DNA from: Tubulanus polymorphus
Taxonomy: Eukaryota; Animalia; Nemertea
Assembly (NCBI RefSeq): GCF_964204645.1
Contig: NC_134027.1
Coordinates: forward strand, 7,162,485 to 7,226,484
Direction of reading: 5' to 3'
Length of the DNA stretch: 64,000 bases
How positions within the stretch are numbered: the first letter of the stretch is position 1; every line of letters starts with the position of its first letter. Positions 63,001 to 64,000 of this stretch are shown one piece after another. The notes below the pieces were generated by a model that had not been told where the DNA came from, searched no databases, and saw only the letters and a list, made by a program, of their open reading frames with translations. The translations under genes were made by a program, and so were the position numbers.

Positions 63001-63915
63001 CCGCACTCAAATCTTGCATTTACTCCACAGGCCAACCATTCATTTGTACCACATTCAAATCCTACTCTCATTCCACAATCAAAAACCACATGTAATCCAC
63101 ATGAGAACTGTTTCTGTAGATTGAATCAACAGGTGAACCCAACATTTCCCCCACATCCAGCTCCAAAGTTTAATGCACAGACTCTACCTGTATTAAATCC
63201 ATCAGCGTTTAATTCATTACCAGTATCATCACATTTTCCCATTCTCCCTTCTACGCTTCCAAAGACAGCCACACCCATGCCAAATGTCACAGCTAATCGC
63301 CCGAATTCATTGACATCTGTGGCAGCAATCACACCTTACATTTCTACACGTCCTGCTTCTGCTTCCTCGGAGACCAGTTTTAATTTCCCAGCATCTGAAG
63401 CATTTGAATTTGGCAATCATCAAAACCAGTCGTATAAGGAAGTTGGTTCGAATGAAAAATTGAGAGATGAAAAGCGATGTAAGGATGGAACATCCTTTAC
63501 AACTACATTCACGTCTCCTAATGACGTATCTTCATTTGCGATAGGTCCGGGACTGATGAAGGTGTCTCGAGGGACTACAACAAATAATATTTCCTACGAT
63601 GATGCGTCGTGCAATACAATTAGTATACGAAAGAAAGATTTCTCTACACAAGTTTCGAATATCAAGCCATCAATGTCCACCGTTACTGTCAATACTGTGG
63701 AGAGTGTATTTGATGAAGAATCAGATTACTACTTGTTCACCACTGAGAAGTCGAAGACCGTCGAAACATGCGACATCGGCACAAATACTCGAATCATAAA
63801 AACAAAATCTCGTGCAGTAATGACTCGAGAAATGAAACGAGACCATCACAGATCCACTCAAACCAAACCGACGATGGATTATGATAAACTAGTGCAAAGA
63901 TCCATAAAAGCAGAG
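60047..63915 (+). CDS. 5' part of a large, mostly low-complexity protein, TTC3/DZIP3/RBM44-like; exons ~60047-60333, 60917-61150, 61414-61490, 61727-63915; continues past the window
   Basis: Exon 2 (FGRVLEQEGSLEV...IMKQNGGIANFLSKC) resembles the small helical domain of TTC3/DZIP3. The last exon ends LVQRSIKAE|gttagt, recalling the RA(I/V)KAE motif of RBM44. The family call is from memory only. Confidence 0.6.
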
Positions 63916-64000
63916 GTTAGTATCGTGTGAATGGTAGCTAATAAGCTTTGAGCAGTTTTGCTTTATTAATGTCAAATGTACATTTTATTTGTGTTATTAT

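Overview
AT-rich, intron-containing animal genomic DNA. It is probably a compact invertebrate genome (spiralian is a guess; taxon cannot be determined from sequence). Most ORF-track entries are exon fragments or antisense noise. Exons were joined by eye using GT-AG signals and reading phase. Genes in order: a Cas/BCAR1-family SH3 adaptor (-; one SH3 exon plus an array of candidate short first exons), SETD9 (+), SET/TAF-I (-; one U12-type intron), RSBN1 (+), KIFC3-like kinesin-14 (-), THUMPD3 (+), an unusual PH domain + divergent actin-fold fusion gene (-), CDK20/CCRK (-), PXMP4 (-), and the 5' part of a TTC3/DZIP3/RBM44-like gene (+). CDK20 hosts two antisense nested genes: a plant XYLT-like GT61 glycosyltransferase and a 4-TM protein. 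Introns and intergenic DNA carry many MITEs, a ~550-bp foldback, and a palindromic Penelope-like repeat with a hammerhead core. The best novelty candidates are the PH-actin fusion, the nested beta-1,2-xylosyltransferase-like gene and the Cas first-exon array. Homology calls come from recalled family motifs, not database searches.
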